Source of the DNA: Lytechinus pictus
Lineage: Eukaryota
Direction: 5' to 3'
NCBI RefSeq assembly: GCF_037042905.1
Contig: NC_087251.1
Span: 36,272,001-36,336,000 of the forward strand
Length of the DNA: 64,000 bases
Shown here: piece after piece, positions 51,569-63,732 of the stretch
Layout: each line of letters begins with the position of its first letter
How positions within the stretch are numbered: position 1 is the first letter of the stretch
Notes under the pieces: model-generated
Database searches by the model: none
What the model was told of the DNA's origin: nothing
What the model saw: only the letters and a program-made list of their open reading frames with translations
Made by a program: the position numbers and the translations under genes

Positions 51569-52418
51569 CAAAAATCACCACCAATTATAGTTCTTACAAT
51601 ATTACCGTTTCAAATTAATCTCGAATACCTGTTTACCCAATTGAATGGTATATATTAATGAATTTGATTACGTGACAAATCATTTACTCTGTAAATATAA
51701 GAACGGCCTTTTTGTTTGTCTGTATTTGGGATGGAAGATGAGCAGTGCCCCGGATAAACAACAAAGGGGGAACACAAAAAGTGAAATAATTCTTCTTAAC
51801 ATATTAAAAACAGAAAGAAAGAATCAAAGCCGTTAAAGCGCATTTTGTTGCCAGTTGAACAATTTGCATAATATTTCAATTATTTATTTTTTATTTCTTT
51901 CATTTTAATTTAATTTTATTATTTTTGGTTGGGGGGGGGGTAACACGTGTTCTGGAAAAGGTACTGCTTTTTCCAGGGGCGGCGCAATTTCGATAAGGAC
52001 AAGGCGATCTAAACGTGACGTCTTTTTTTTCTATTGAAATATAATGTGCACTACGGGGATACACTGGCGATCCTTTCTTATCATTATTTTCTTCCATTTC
52101 TTCCCTCCATTTTGACTTCCTTGCCCCCCCCCCTTTTTCACTACTTGAAAACCATAGGGGTGATCATCCTTGCCTTTTCTTTCCATTGTGGGGCCGTCAG
52201 ACCTTCTCCTTTTCAAATATTGTACTTGCACTTTCCTTTTCTTTTTTTAAATTTAATAATTACATTATAAGATATGGATCCGGACAATGTTTGTTAGGCC
52301 TATGTATTGATAGAAAAAAAAATCTTCATCTAACCACCTTTTATAGAAAATTAATTAATTCTGACAAACACAGAAACAATGATTGTTTAACGTCGATAAT
52401 GCAATTACGGTTCTCTGT

Positions 52419-53078
52419 CCCGGGGGCCACTCAACTATATTGCTGCGCGACCTAAAAAAACAAAACAAAAACGCGTAAAAGGGTACTTTTTGCTGATCAT
52501 GGTGCGTCACGAGAGTGACACGTTTAGGTAAAAAAGGCCAAAATCGGGCATAAAGGGTATGATTGTGGAGTAAAAGAAATATATATTATGTATATGATGA
52601 TAAATCATAACGTTTTAGCCCCATAATTTACACAAACACAGTTTCATTCATTCATTGTTTAATAGTGTAATGGAAATTATCACTTAATTCGTTAAAATTT
52701 AACTTCACACAAAACGTCAAGTTTTAAAGCTCTTAAAAATGCTGTGGGTATTTTTTTCTCCAAACTCGTTTTTTAAACTTGCTGCTTGGAATTTCGTGCA
52801 ACTTCGATCCAACTTCCATTATTTTTAGAGGTTTTTCGAGAGAAATTGTCATAAAAATCGTTTAAGGGTATGATTTAGAGGTTATACTTAATTGTTTAGG
52901 GGTATATTTTAAGAGTTGTACTTGTTTAGGGGGCAAAATTGTCAAAAAGCACAAGAAATATATTTGAATAGGTTATAAACTGGACCAATGGATAACATTT
53001 GTTAAAGGGGGGGGGGGGTTGCATAACGTGTGGTCGCGCGAGTGTACAACTATATAGCTGAGTGCCCCCCCCCCCCCC
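52419..53078. mobile_element. Non-autonomous TIR element
   Basis: Inverted ends gggggccactcaactatat...gcgcgacc / ggtcgcgc...atatagctgagtgccccc. Confidence 0.55.
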
Positions 53079-53309
53079 GTTCCATGTCTTGCGGAATGAA
53101 TTATTACATGTACTTTAAACGCCAGGTGTTTTTCGTTTGATTATATCAATAAATCAATACGTTGTTTGCCCTTTATTAGATAACAACATAAAGAAAATAA
53201 TATCTGATAAATTGGGAATGGCATCTGTCAGTAGCCTTTTTCATCAATATTGTTTCCGTGTTTCGTTACCATTCAACGTACAGCGACGTTAATTACGGAA
53301 GCTCTGAAA

Positions 53310-54490
53310 TGCCATCGACTTGTAGAGATTGCGAGATAATTCATCTCGCCAAGTCGACATAATAATGTATTATGTCAACTTGGCGAGATACGTTATTTCA
53401 CCAAGTCGACATAATTATCAAAAGTTTTATGTCACCTTGGCGAGACATTATATATTGTTAAGTCGACGTACGAAAAAGTACGGAGCCTTTAATATGGAAG
53501 CTTAAAAGTGCCATCGACTTGACGACTTGGCGAGATACTTTATCTTGCCATGTCGACATAAAAACCTTATTATGTCGACATGGCGAGATACTTTATCTCG
53601 CCAAGTCGACTTATAAAAAGTTATATGTCGACATGGCGAGATACGTTAACTCGCCAAGTCGACTTATAAAATGTTATATGTCGATATGGCGAGATACGTT
53701 ATATTGCCAAGTTGACTTAAAAAAGATATATGTCAACAAAGCGAGAAATTTTATCTTGCCAAGTTGACTTATAAAACATCATATGTCAACATGGCGAGAT
53801 AAAATGTTATATGTCGATATGGCGAGATACGTTATATTGCCAAGTTGACTTAAAAAAGATATATGTCAACATAGCGAGAAATTTTATCTTGCCAAGTTGA
53901 CTTATAAAACATCATATGTCAACATGGCGAGATATGAAGCGTCCAAGGTCCGGCGAGAGTCCAAATATCTCGCCAAGTTGACATATAACTTTTTATAAGT
54001 CGACTTGGCAAGATAAAATATCTTGCCATGTTGACGTATAACTTTTTATAAGTCAACTTGGCGAAATAACGTATCTTGCCACACAGCAAAAACTGTGGTG
54101 TTAACCGGTGTACATAGAGGACCACACCAGTTATTTTACACCGGTGTTAAATTGGTGGTGATAGTTTTACACCTATAGGTGTTATTACAACACCTTTGGT
54201 TATTACATTTACACTCTTTGGTGTTATGTTCAATCTCTAGGGTGTAATTTTAACACCTCGGGGTGTGGTCCTCTATTAACACCTCGGGGTGTGGTCCTCT
54301 ATTAACACCAACTGGTGTCAGTTTTAACACCGCAGTTTTTACAGTGCATGTTGACATAAAACTTTTTATAAGTCAACTTGGCAAGATAACGTATCTCGCC
54401 ATGTTAACATATAACTTTGTATAAGTCGACTTGGCGAAATCACGTATCTCGGCACGTCGACATAATAATGTTAATTATGTGAGACATGGC
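53310..54490. repeat. Foldback array of ~40-bp gtcgacttggcgagata / tatctcgccaagtcgac units, with a CACTA-like MITE inserted at 54082-54346
   Basis: Units with A-rich spacers to the left of ~53950 switch to their reverse complement (T-rich spacers) to the right. Confidence 0.75.
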
Positions 54491-54694
54491 AATGTCATAG
54501 TCATACTTTGACATAATGGTAACTATCAAGGAAACATTGATTATGATTGTCTGTTGATCCCTGTTGCCATGGTAGTTGTCATAATGGCAACGTTACCTTA
54601 GTTGCAACGCTTTTTTAAACGGACCACAGATGTGACCTACCTGCAAAAATGACAGTCATAAGTGAACGTTTGAGTCAGCATACAGGCGTAAATT

Positions 54695-54991
54695 CAGTGG
54701 CGTACCTAGGATTTTCCACAGGGGGGGGGGGCAAAACCGTCCGCCAAAAAATTGAACAAGCGAAAAAAAAAAAAAAAAAAAGTCTTCAATCACAAATAAA
54801 AGATTGTACCAGAGAAAAAATTTGACAAGCAAAAAAAAAAAAAAAAAAAAAGGTCTTCAAGCTCGTCAGGGGGGGGGGCACAATAAAGGTCTTCAAGCTC
54901 GTCAGGGGGGGGGGCAAAAAAGGTCTTTCAAGCTCGTCAGGGGGGCAGGGATATGTCCATTGCATGGGTTGTGGCTCGTAGGTACGCTAGT
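54695..54991. mobile_element. hAT-like MITE (7127-7463 family) at the left edge of the tRNA array
   Basis: cagtggcgtacctaggattttccacaggggg...gtaggtacgctag, colinear with 7127-7463. Confidence 0.85.
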
Positions 54992-56158
54992 TATTCTTAT
55001 ACAAAGGTTTGTCCTTTATTTAACTTATTCAACAATACTTTCTTGGCATCAGGGAATTAAATCTTGAATTTTATTACTTGATATAAAAAAAACGTCCAGA
55101 TGTGAAAGCTACTTTATCCCTACTTCTTATCCAAATATAGAAGAAATCTCCACCCATTTTTTTTCAATCAACTTAGATTCAATATTTGTTTCTATGTATG
55201 GTGGGCACGGTAGTGATAAAACAAGGTATACCCAGGCAGCTGAAATATATCAATTCTTACAAACACCAATTGACAAAGATTGTTTTGAAATCGATGATTC
55301 AATTAAATCTATCTGTCGAAAGAATAAATGTAAATAACAAAGATTGCTTTGAAATGGATAGTGCAATTAAAATTATCCGTCGAAAAAAATATAAATTTAA
55401 ATAATAAAGATTGTTCTCAAATCGATAATGCAATTATGATATATGTCGAAGGAATAAATGTAAATGCAGTAAAGACCAATGTAATTGCCATTTAATTGTA
55501 TCATTTTGGTCATTAATCAAAAACCTACATAAGTGATACATTATACGAGTATATGACATAACATTTATGGTAGTATTTGCATGAAATTATTTCTGCGTTG
55601 GTTAGAAACAATGAGCTCTCGCTCGTCAAACCCAAAAATTATGATGAAGGTAATGCACGAGTTCTTGCGCAATAATGATATCACCCCCCCCCGGAAAGAT
55701 TGGATAGATAGATAATAGATAAAGAATAATGATAATACTAATAGTAATGCTACTATTACTATACTACCCGGGTCTGAGAATAAGTTTTAAATAGGGGTGC
55801 TGGGGATTTCGTTTAGGTGTTGTCATCAGAAAGAAGCAAAAAAAAAAAAAAAAGCAAAAAAAAAAAATATATATATATAAAATGGAATAGCTCGACTAAA
55901 CTATAACTTCATTGTTAAAAAAAATGAACCCAACTAAAATCAAATAACCCTACTAAGAATAACTGAATTAATAAAAAAATGAAATGGAATAACCCAATTA
56001 AAATGGAATTACCCAACTAACAAAATGGAACAACCCAATTAAAATCGATATCAATAATTTCCTTTAAAATATATCGGTCATGAATATAAAACGAAAGATT
56101 TTTTTTCATTTAATCGTTTATTGTTCATGAATTTGATAAATCTTAATCCTGCCCAGTT

Positions 56159-56168
56159 AAAAAAAAAA
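56159..56168 (-). terminator. RNA polymerase III terminator (oligo-T) of tRNA-Thr; repeated at 59899-59908 and 63643-63652
   Basis: A10 run on the + strand, i.e. T10 just 3' of the tRNA on the - strand. Confidence 0.8.
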
Positions 56169-56175
56169 GAAGAGT

Positions 56176-56248
56176 AGGCATTGCCAGGATTTGAACCTGG
56201 GATCTCCTGTTTACTAGACAGGCGCTTTAACCGCTAAGCCACAACGCC
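56176..56248 (-). tRNA. tRNA-Thr (anticodon AGT), copy 1
   Basis: Reverse complement GGCGTTGTGGCTTAGCGGTTAAAGCGCCTGTCTAGTAAACAGGAGATCCCAGGTTCAAATCCTGGCAATGCCT folds as a complete cloverleaf: acceptor GGCGTTG/CAATGCC, anticodon arm CCTGT-CTAGTAA-ACAGG, T arm CCAGG-TTCAAAT-CCTGG. A T10 Pol III terminator lies 7 nt downstream. Confidence 0.96.
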
Positions 56249-57820
56249 GCTTACACTTCCAGTATAGTAAAATGGCAATATTCTACTCACATCCAGAAAT
56301 CTAGTAATCTCTTGGAGAACGATTCTATAGACTCCTATACATGCATGGGTGGATCCAAGATTGATAGGAGGGTGCACAAAATGAATTAACTCTTTTACTT
56401 AAACAGGGTAAGAATAAAGAAAGAAAAGAGATATATAGGGGAGGGTCTCAACAGCCCCACAAAGGACATATTACAAAATAGGGGCACATTTCATAAGAGG
56501 TTTCAAAATATACTTTACATTTACCAGCGGAAGGGGCAGCAAGTGCCCCATATGCCGCATAATTATGTTCATGTGACTATTTGTAAGTTTCCTTATATGC
56601 CAACTTAATTGTTGTGGTTGTTACTTAAAAATGCAATGTTGATCTCAGGAGGAGAGATAAAATATCATCAAACATTATCCCTATCTGCCAAACAAAACTA
56701 TGAAAAGTCGGGTGTTAAAAAACGAAATGGTATGAATAGCAAATAACTTGTAAGATATATACCGAAGGGGTCATGGGGATCACTTCGAAATAATATTTTT
56801 CGGGGGTGGTGGTACCTTATTTTCTCATTCTATTTATTAAAACATTGAAATGAAACAAATTGTGTAACAATCAATAATAAGATTTTTTTAATTCATTTGG
56901 AAATATATTAGAATAGGAATAGAATTATATTCTAATTCAAATTCGTATTTATTCATTTCCACCACCCCCTCAACTCCCCCCCCCCCCCAATGCGATGGAT
57001 TCAAGATTGGTCATTGGGGATGATAATAGGCTCCACTTTTTCCCAAAAAATATCTGACAAGCAACGGTGGAGCAGGAAGGGATCACCCTCTGGATTTTTA
57101 AGTAGTGTGGAGGGGAGGGGGGGGGGGGGGAGGAAAAACAGAGAAGGGAGAAAAAGGAGGAAGAAAAGGAAAAGCTGACTCTTTTGGCCATTTACAAATC
57201 GCTTTAGGCGCATTTGGGATTTAGGACTTCATCAACATTTTCGTCTAACAAATTGTCAGATCTGACAACTTTCCTTGATCCTCATTTGCTGAGAAGAACA
57301 GTTCCTTAATTGGTAATTCTCTTTACACGAAAGACTCACCTAGTAACAGGTGGTTTGGTACATTAGGAACAGGAAGGAAATAGTGTATCCTATTGTAGGC
57401 CTTCTTTGGTTCACTTCTGTCATAGGCTAATCCATATTGGCTAGACCCATTTGGTCTACGATCACTTTGGTCTACACTGCATGTTGGCCTATGTATGCCA
57501 ATACCACTGGGTCTAATTCTTGTTTAGTCTTATGTCCAGTTGGTTCAATTTCCACTAATTTCATCCACTTATTATTGTTCACATTGCCAAATGAAAGTTT
57601 TGCTCATGTCTAACAATATCAAAGTTGTGTTAAACCAAGTGGATATTAGACGAAATAGTATAGCCTAAATGGAATCTCGGTCTGGACCGTGTGATGAATT
57701 GGTACGGTGTAGACCAGTCGGCAAATAGGGCCTACTTCATCCTTCTTTATCCTATTTTAGAAGAGCGCCACCTCACTGCTTCTATTTAACCAACTCTTTC
57801 CCTCAGGGCTCGAGTGTTAC

Positions 57821-57864
57821 CATAGAGATATATTACTAGTTTATTATTAGTATATATCTCTATG
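57821..57864. mobile_element. 44-bp micro-MITE (hAT-like); repeated at 61563-61606
   Basis: TIR catagagatatat / atatatctctatg with perfect 8-bp TSD agtgttac (57813-57820 and 57865-57872). Confidence 0.8.
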
Positions 57865-59915
57865 AGTGTTACACACCATCATCATGAAATATTGTTTAAA
57901 GTTTGCAAGGCACCACTGAGGTGGCACTCGGGTGTTTTGATGAAGGTGGTTGGGGGGGGGGGGGGTGACATTGGCGGACGTTAAAGTGTGTTTCTTCTGA
58001 ATTTAATGATAGGTGCTACACACTAGCGTACCTAAGGGGGGGGGGGCAAGGGGGGCAGACTGCCCCCCCCTGACGAGTCACAACTCATGCAGGGGACGCA
58101 CCCCTGCCCCCTGACGAGTAATGTAAATGTAATGTAAATCTGCAAAGAAAACCGACGTGAAGTTGCCCACCCCCCCTGACGAAGTTGAAGACCTTTTTTT
58201 TTTTTTTTTTTTGCCTGTCAATTTTTTTTTCTGGTACAAAATGTCCTTTATTTGTGGTTGAAGAACTTTTTTTTTTTTTACATTCAAGTCAATTTGGTTT
58301 TAATTAAAGAAGAAATTCAGGTTAGAATTAACAGATTCACAGAGTAATCAATTTTCAAAATTTTATTTTGTGACGTCTCAAAGGGTGCCTAATTAGGTCT
58401 AATCAAATCAATCAAATTCCCCCAAATCCCACATTTTTTGCGATTTATGAGTGAGAAAATTCATCTTATTGAAGATGGCAGAGTTACCGTCCCGATCGGT
58501 TATACTTTATAGCAAAAAAAAAAAAAAAAAAAAGGTCTTCAAGCTCGTCAGGGGGGGGCACAATAAAGGTCTTCAAGCTCGTCAGGGGGGGGTAAAAAAG
58601 GGCTTTCAAGCTCGTCAGGGGGGGGCAGGGATACGTCCTTTGCATGGGTTGTGGCTCGTAGGTACGCTAGTGGGCGTAATCAAGGTAAGCCAATTCTATC
58701 ATATTCTAACCCTTGGTATGAAAAAATTTATTCTTATACAAAGGTTTGTCCTTTATTTAACTTATTTAACAATACTTTCTTGGCATCAGGGAATTAAATC
58801 TTGAATTTTATTACTTGATATAAAAAAAACGTCCAGATGTGAAAGCTACTTTATCCCTACTTCTTATCCAAATATAGAAGAAATCTCCACCCATTTTTTT
58901 TTTCAATCAACTTAGATTCAATATTTGTTTCTATGTATGGTGGGCACGGTAGTGATAAAACAAGGTATACCCAGGCAGCTGAAATATATCAATTCTTACA
59001 AACACCAATTGACAAAGATTGTTTTGAAATCGATGATTCAATTAAATCTATCTGTCGAAAGAATAAATGTAAATAACAAAGATTGCTTTGAAATGGATAG
59101 TGCAATTAAAATTATCCGTCGAAAAAAATATAAATTTAAATAATAAAGATTGTTCTCAAATCGATAATGCAATTATGATATCTGTCGAAGGAATAAATGT
59201 AAATGCAGTAAAGACCAATGTAATAGCCATTTAATTGTATCATTTTGGTCATTAATCAAAAACCTACATAAGTGATACATTATACGAGTATATGACATAA
59301 CATTTATGGTAGTATTTGCATGAAATTATTTCTGCGTTGGTTAGAAACAATGAGCTTTCGCTCGTCAAACCCAAAAATTATGATGAAGGTAATGCACGAG
59401 TTCTTGCGCAATAATGATATCACCCCCCCCCCGGAAAGATTGGATAGATAGATAATAGATAAAGAATAATGATAATACTAATAGTAATGCTACTATTACT
59501 ATACTACCCGGGTCTGAGAATAAGTTTTAAATAGGGGTGCTGGGGATTTCGTTTAGGTGTTGTCATCAGAAAGAAGCAAAAAAAAAAAAAAAAGCAAAAA
59601 AAAAAAATATATATATATAAAATGGAATAGCTCGACTAAACTATAACTTCATTGTTAAAAAAAATGAACCCAACTAAAATCAAATAACCCTACTAAGAAT
59701 AACTGAATTAATAAAAAAATGAAATGGAATAACCCAATTAAAATGGAATTACCCAACTAACAAAATGGAACAACCCAATTAAAATCGATATCAATAATTT
59801 CCTTTAAAATATATCGGTCATGAATATAAAACGAAAGATTTTTTTTCATTTAATCGTTTATTGTTCATGAATTTGATAAATCTTAATCCTGCCCAGTTAA
59901 AAAAAAAAGAAGAGT

Positions 59916-59988
59916 AGGCATTGCCAGGATTTGAACCTGGGATCTCCTGTTTACTAGACAGGCGCTTTAACCGCTAAGCCACAACGCC
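59916..59988 (-). tRNA. tRNA-Thr (AGT), copy 2
   Basis: Identical to 56176-56248 and 3740 bp downstream, with the same oligo-T terminator. Confidence 0.96.
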
Positions 59989-62900
59989 GCTTACACTTCC
60001 AGTATAGTAAAATGGCAATATTCTACTCACATCCAGAAATCTAGTAATCTCTTGGAGAACGATTCTATAGACTCCTATACATGCATGGGTGGATCCAAGA
60101 TTGATAGGAGGGTGCACAAAATGAATTAACTCTTTTACTTAAACAGGGTAAGAATAAAGAAAGAAAAGAGATATATAGGGGAGGGTCTCAACAGCCCCAC
60201 AAAGGACATATTACAAAATAGGGGCACATTTCATAAGAGGTTTCAAAATATACTTTACATTTACCAGCGGAAGGGGCAGCAAGTGCCCCATATGCCGCAT
60301 AATTATGTTCATGTGACTATTTGTAAGTTTCCTTATATGCCAACTTAATTGTTGTGGTTGTTACTTAAAAATGCAATGTTGATCTCAGGAGGAGAGATAA
60401 AATATCATCAAACATTATCCCTATCTGCCAAACAAAACTATGAAAAGTCGGGTGTTAAAAAACGAAATGGTATGAATAGCAAATAACTTGTAAGATATAT
60501 ACCGAAGGGGTCATGGGGATCACTTCGAAATAATATTTTTCGGGGGTGGTGGTACCTTATTTTCTCATTCTATTTATTAAAACATTGAAATGAAACAAAT
60601 TGTGTAACAATCAATAATAAGATTTTTTTTAATTCATTTGGAAATATATTAGAATAGGAATAGAATTATATTCTAATTCAAATTCGTATTTATTCATTTC
60701 CACCACCCCCTCAACTCCCCCCCCCCCCCCCAATGCGATGGATTCAAGATTGGTCATTGGGGATGATAATAGGCTCCACTTTTTCCCAAAAAATATCTGA
60801 CAAGCAACGGTGGAGCAGGAAGGGATCACCCTCTGGATTTTTAAGTAGTGTGGAGGGGAGGGGGGGGGGGGGAGGAAAAACAGAGAAGGGAGAAAAAGGA
60901 GGAAGAAAAGGAAAAGCTGACTCTTTTGGCCATTTACAAATCGCTTTAGGCGCATTTGGGATTTAGGACTTCATCAACATTTTCGTCTAACAAATTGTCA
61001 GATCTGACAACTTTCCTTGATCCTCATTTGCTGAGAAGAACAGTTCCTTAATTGGTAATTCTCTTTACACGAAAGACTCACCTAGTAACAGGTGGTTTGG
61101 TACATTAGGAACAGGAAGGAAATAGTGTATCCTATTGTAGGCCTTCTTTGGTTCACTTCTGTCATAGGCTAATCCATATTGGCTAGACCCATTTGGTCTA
61201 CGATCACTTTGGTCTACACTGCATGTTGGCCTATGTATGCCAATACCACTGGGTCTAATTCTTGTTTAGTCTTATGTCCAGTTGGTTCAATTTCCACTAA
61301 TTTCATCCACTTATTATTGTTCACATTGCCAAATGAAAGTTTTGCTCATGTCTAACAATATCAAAGTTGTGTTAAACCAAGTGGATATTAGACGAAATAG
61401 TATAGCCTAAATGGAATCTCGGTCTGGACCGTGTGATGAATTGGTACGGTGTAGACCAGTCGGCAAATAGGGCCTACTTCATCCTTCTTTATCCTATTTT
61501 AGAAGAGCGCCACCTCACTGCTTCTATTTAACCAACTCTTTCCCTCAGGGCTCGAGTGTTACCATAGAGATATATTACTAGTTTATTATTAGTATATATC
61601 TCTATGAGTGTTACACACCATCATCATGAAATATTGTTTAAAGTTTGCAAGGCACCACTGAGGTGGCACTCGGGTGTTTTGATGAAGGTGGTTGGGGGGG
61701 GGGTGACATTGGCGGACGTTAAAGTGTGTTTCTTCTGAATTTAATGATAGGTGCTACACACTAGCGTACCTAAGGGGGGGGGGGGGCAAGGGGGGCAGAC
61801 TGCCCCCCCCTGACGAGTCACAACTCATGCAGGGGACGCACCCCTGCCCCCTGACGAGTAATGTAAATGTAATGTAAATCTGCAAAGAAAACCGACGTGA
61901 AGTTGCCCACCCCCCCTGACGAAGTTGAAGACCTTTTTTTTTTTTTTTTTTTGCCTGTCAATTTTTTTTTCTGGTACAAAATGTCCTTTATTTGTGGTTG
62001 AAGAACTTTTTTTTTTTTTACATTCAAGTCAATTTGGTTTTAATTAAAGAAGAAATTCAGGTTAGAATTAACAGATTCACAGAGTAATCAATTTTCAAAA
62101 TTTTATTTTGTGACGTCTCAAAGGGTGCCTAATTAGGTCTAATCAAATCAATCAAATTCCCCCAAATCCCACATTTTTTGCGATTTATGAGTGAGAAAAT
62201 TCATCTTATTGAAGATGGCAGAGTTACCGTCCCGATCGGTTATACTTTATAGCAAAAAAAAAAAAAAAAAAAAGGTCTTCAAGCTCGTCAGGGGGGGGCA
62301 CAATAAAGGTCTTCAAGCTCGTCAGGGGGGGGGGGCAAAAAAGGGCTTTCAAGCTCGTCAGGGGGGGGCAGGGATACGTCCTTTGCATGGGTTGTGGCTC
62401 GTAGGTACGCTAGTGGGCGTAATCAAGGTAAGCCAATTCTATCATATTCTAACCCTTGGTATGAAAAAATTTATTCTTATACAAAGGTTTGTCCTTTATT
62501 TAACTTATTTAACAATACTTTCTTGGCATCAGGGAATTAAATCTTGAATTTTATTACTTGATATAAAAAAAACGTCCAGATGTGAAAGCTACTTTATCCC
62601 TACTTCTTATCCAAATATAGAAGAAATCTCCACCCATTTTTTTTTTCAATCAACTTAGATTCAATATTTGTTTCTATGTATGGTGGGCACGGTAGTGATA
62701 AAACAAGGTATACCCAGGCAGCTGAAATATATCAATTCTTACAAACACCAATTGACAAAGATTGTTTTGAAATCGATGATTCAATTAAATCTATCTGTCG
62801 AAAGAATAAATGTAAATAACAAAGATTGCTTTGAAATGGATAGTGCAATTAAAATTATCCGTCGAAAAAAATATAAATTTAAATAATAAAGATTGTTCTC

Positions 62901-63659
62901 AAATCGATAATGCAATTATGATATCTGTCGAAGGAATAAATGTAAATGCAGTAAAGACCAATGTAATAGCCATTTAATTGTATCATTTTGGTCATTAATC
63001 AAAAACCTAGATAAGTGATACATTATACGAGTATATGACATAACATTTATGGTAGTATTTGCATGAAATTATTTCTGCGTTGGTTAGAAACAATGAGCTT
63101 TCGCTCGTCAAACCCAAAAATTATGATGAAGGTAATGCACGAGTTCTTGCGCAATAATGATATCACCCCCCCCCCGGAAAGATTGGATAGATAGATAATA
63201 GATAAAGAATAATGATAATACTAATAGTAATGCTACTATTACTATACTACCCGGGTCTGAGAATAAGTTTTAAATAGGGGTGCTGGGGATTTCGTTTAGG
63301 TGTTGTCATCAGAAAGAAGCAAAAAAAAAAAAAAAAAGCAAAAAAAAAAAATATATATATATAAAATGGAATAGCTCGACTAAACTATAACTTCATTGTT
63401 AAAAAAAATGAACCCAACTAAAATCAAATAACCCTACTAAGAATAACTGAATTAATAAAAAAATGAAATGGAATAACCCAATTAAAATGGAATTACCCAA
63501 CTAACAAAATGGAACAACCCAATTAAAATCGATATCAATAATTTCCTTTAAAATATATCGGTCATGAATATAAAACGAAAGATTTTTTTTCATTTAATCG
63601 TTTATTGTTCATGAATTTGATAAATCTTAATCCTGCCCAGTTAAAAAAAAAAGAAGAGT

Positions 63660-63732
63660 AGGCATTGCCAGGATTTGAACCTGGGATCTCCTGTTTACTA
63701 GACAGGCGCTTTAACCGCTAAGCCACAACGCC
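63660..63732 (-). tRNA. tRNA-Thr (AGT), copy 3
   Basis: Identical sequence, 3744 bp after copy 2. Confidence 0.96.

Noticed and set aside
29590..56248. Functional link between the Thr-rich protease linker and the neighbouring tRNA-Thr array
   Set aside because: tRNAs act in trans, so physical proximity gives no translational advantage. It is treated as coincidence without further evidence.
55186..62886. Recurrent 70-118 aa ORFs in the array units
   Set aside because: They recur only because the DNA is duplicated. They are low-complexity, their frames change with homopolymer length, and they show no splice or domain evidence.
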